Virus record (IMG/VR): IMGVR_UViG_3300044835_000075
Location: 1-64,000 of that record
Origin: a virus
Strand: one strand, 5' to 3'
DNA length: 64,000 nt
In this document: one piece after another, positions 63,418-64,000 of the stretch
Layout of the letters: every line of letters starts with the position of its first letter
How positions within the stretch are numbered: the stretch's first letter is position 1
Translations under genes and position numbers: made by a program
The notes under the pieces: generated by a model
Told to the model about the DNA's origin: nothing
Databases searched by the model: none
The model's input: only the letters and a program-made list of their open reading frames with translations

Positions 63418-63654
63418 ATGAACGAAACGCGCACCGCCACCCGGGCCACCGCCGAGTACCTCGGACGCAAGCTCACCGCCAAGCCCGTGAAGAACAAGAC
63501 CACCGGCGCCCGCCACTTCGAGATCCGCTGCAACGGACGCTTCTGCTGGAACGGCACCGAAACCACCGCCGACGCCGCGCTCGACATGGCCAAGAGGTAC
63601 GTCGACGAGGCCGAGCTTCGCCCCGCTGCCTACCCGGACCTCCGCGCGGCTTGA
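63418..63654 (+). CDS. Hypothetical protein (leaderless)
   Basis: ATG 10 nt after dyad. Confidence 0.65.
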   Translation: MNETRTATRATAEYLGRKLTAKPVKNKTTGARHFEIRCNGRFCWNGTETTADAALDMAKRYVDEAELRPAAYPDLRAA

Positions 63655-63659
63655 TCACC

Positions 63660-63833
63660 ATGGCCGAGACGCGCACCGCTGAAGTCGTACGCACTGCGAT
63701 CACGACCCATGGGCCACCTGCTCCCGTCATCTACGCACCGCGCTGGCCCGCCGACCACCACCCGTGGACCATTCAGCCGGGCACCATCCGGTACGCGAAC
63801 TATGAGGTGAGGGAAACGACGCCCGCTCAGTGA
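63660..63833 (+). CDS. Hypothetical microprotein
   Basis: Follows previous gene; precedes terminator. Confidence 0.45.
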   Translation: MAETRTAEVVRTAITTHGPPAPVIYAPRWPADHHPWTIQPGTIRYANYEVRETTPAQ

Positions 63834-63845
63834 CCGCCACACGAC

Positions 63846-63876
63846 AACGCCCCCGCCGGATACCGGCGGGGGCGTT
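63846..63876. terminator. Bidirectional terminator
   Basis: AACGCCCCCGCCGG-ata-CCGGCGGGGGCGTT. Confidence 0.8.
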
Positions 63877-64000
63877 CGACGTACGAAGGCCCGGAGTCTC
63901 CCCCGGGCCCGCGCTGCTCTACCAATTGAGCTACACGACCGGCTGCCGCTGGCCGCGCCCGGACTTGAACCAGGAACCACCGGCGACACTACCGGACGCG
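63877..64000 (-). ncRNA. Circularly permuted tRNA-like RNA (YrlA/bacterial Y RNA-like); 5' end beyond window
   Basis: Order on minus strand: T-arm CCTGG-TTCAAGT-CCGGG, 3' acceptor CGCGGCC, 10-nt loop, 5' acceptor GGTCGTG, TA, D-arm GCTC-AATTGGTA-GAGC. Confidence 0.75.

Noticed and set aside
63905-63975. Ordinary tRNA gene
   Set aside because: The T-arm precedes the D-arm on the coding strand, and no anticodon loop plus T-arm follows the D-arm.

Overview
High-GC (about 70% by eye) segment of a large actinomycete tailed phage or phage-plasmid. Virion and packaging genes lie on the minus strand but are scattered: prohead protease, 2H-phosphoesterase, MuF and portal at 1-6.2 kb; terminase at 42-44 kb; tail fibre/tailspike at 54.5-60.5 kb. 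Between them are a Streptomyces-type conjugation module (DUF2637, TraB/FtsK, clt-like repeats) and dozens of short transcription cassettes. Each cassette is headed by one of about 36 copies of a promoter/operator element (TTGACW + ARCCR-N9-YGGYT dyad), and many end in related GC hairpins. Main findings: (1) a 323-aa intein in the MuF NCRC motif whose interior is the exact in-register antisense of a separate HTH-HTH-Vsr/DUF559-type endonuclease gene, i.e. a putative homing endonuclease encoded on the opposite strand of its intein; (2) the dispersed promoter-operator cassette system, including a duplicated 108-bp terminator-promoter junction; (3) conjugation genes inside a phage head/packaging region; (4) a circularly permuted tRNA-like RNA (YrlA/Y-RNA architecture) at the right edge; (5) a class F sortase with a putative substrate. 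All calls come from reading motifs by eye. No database searches were run, and counts are manual.
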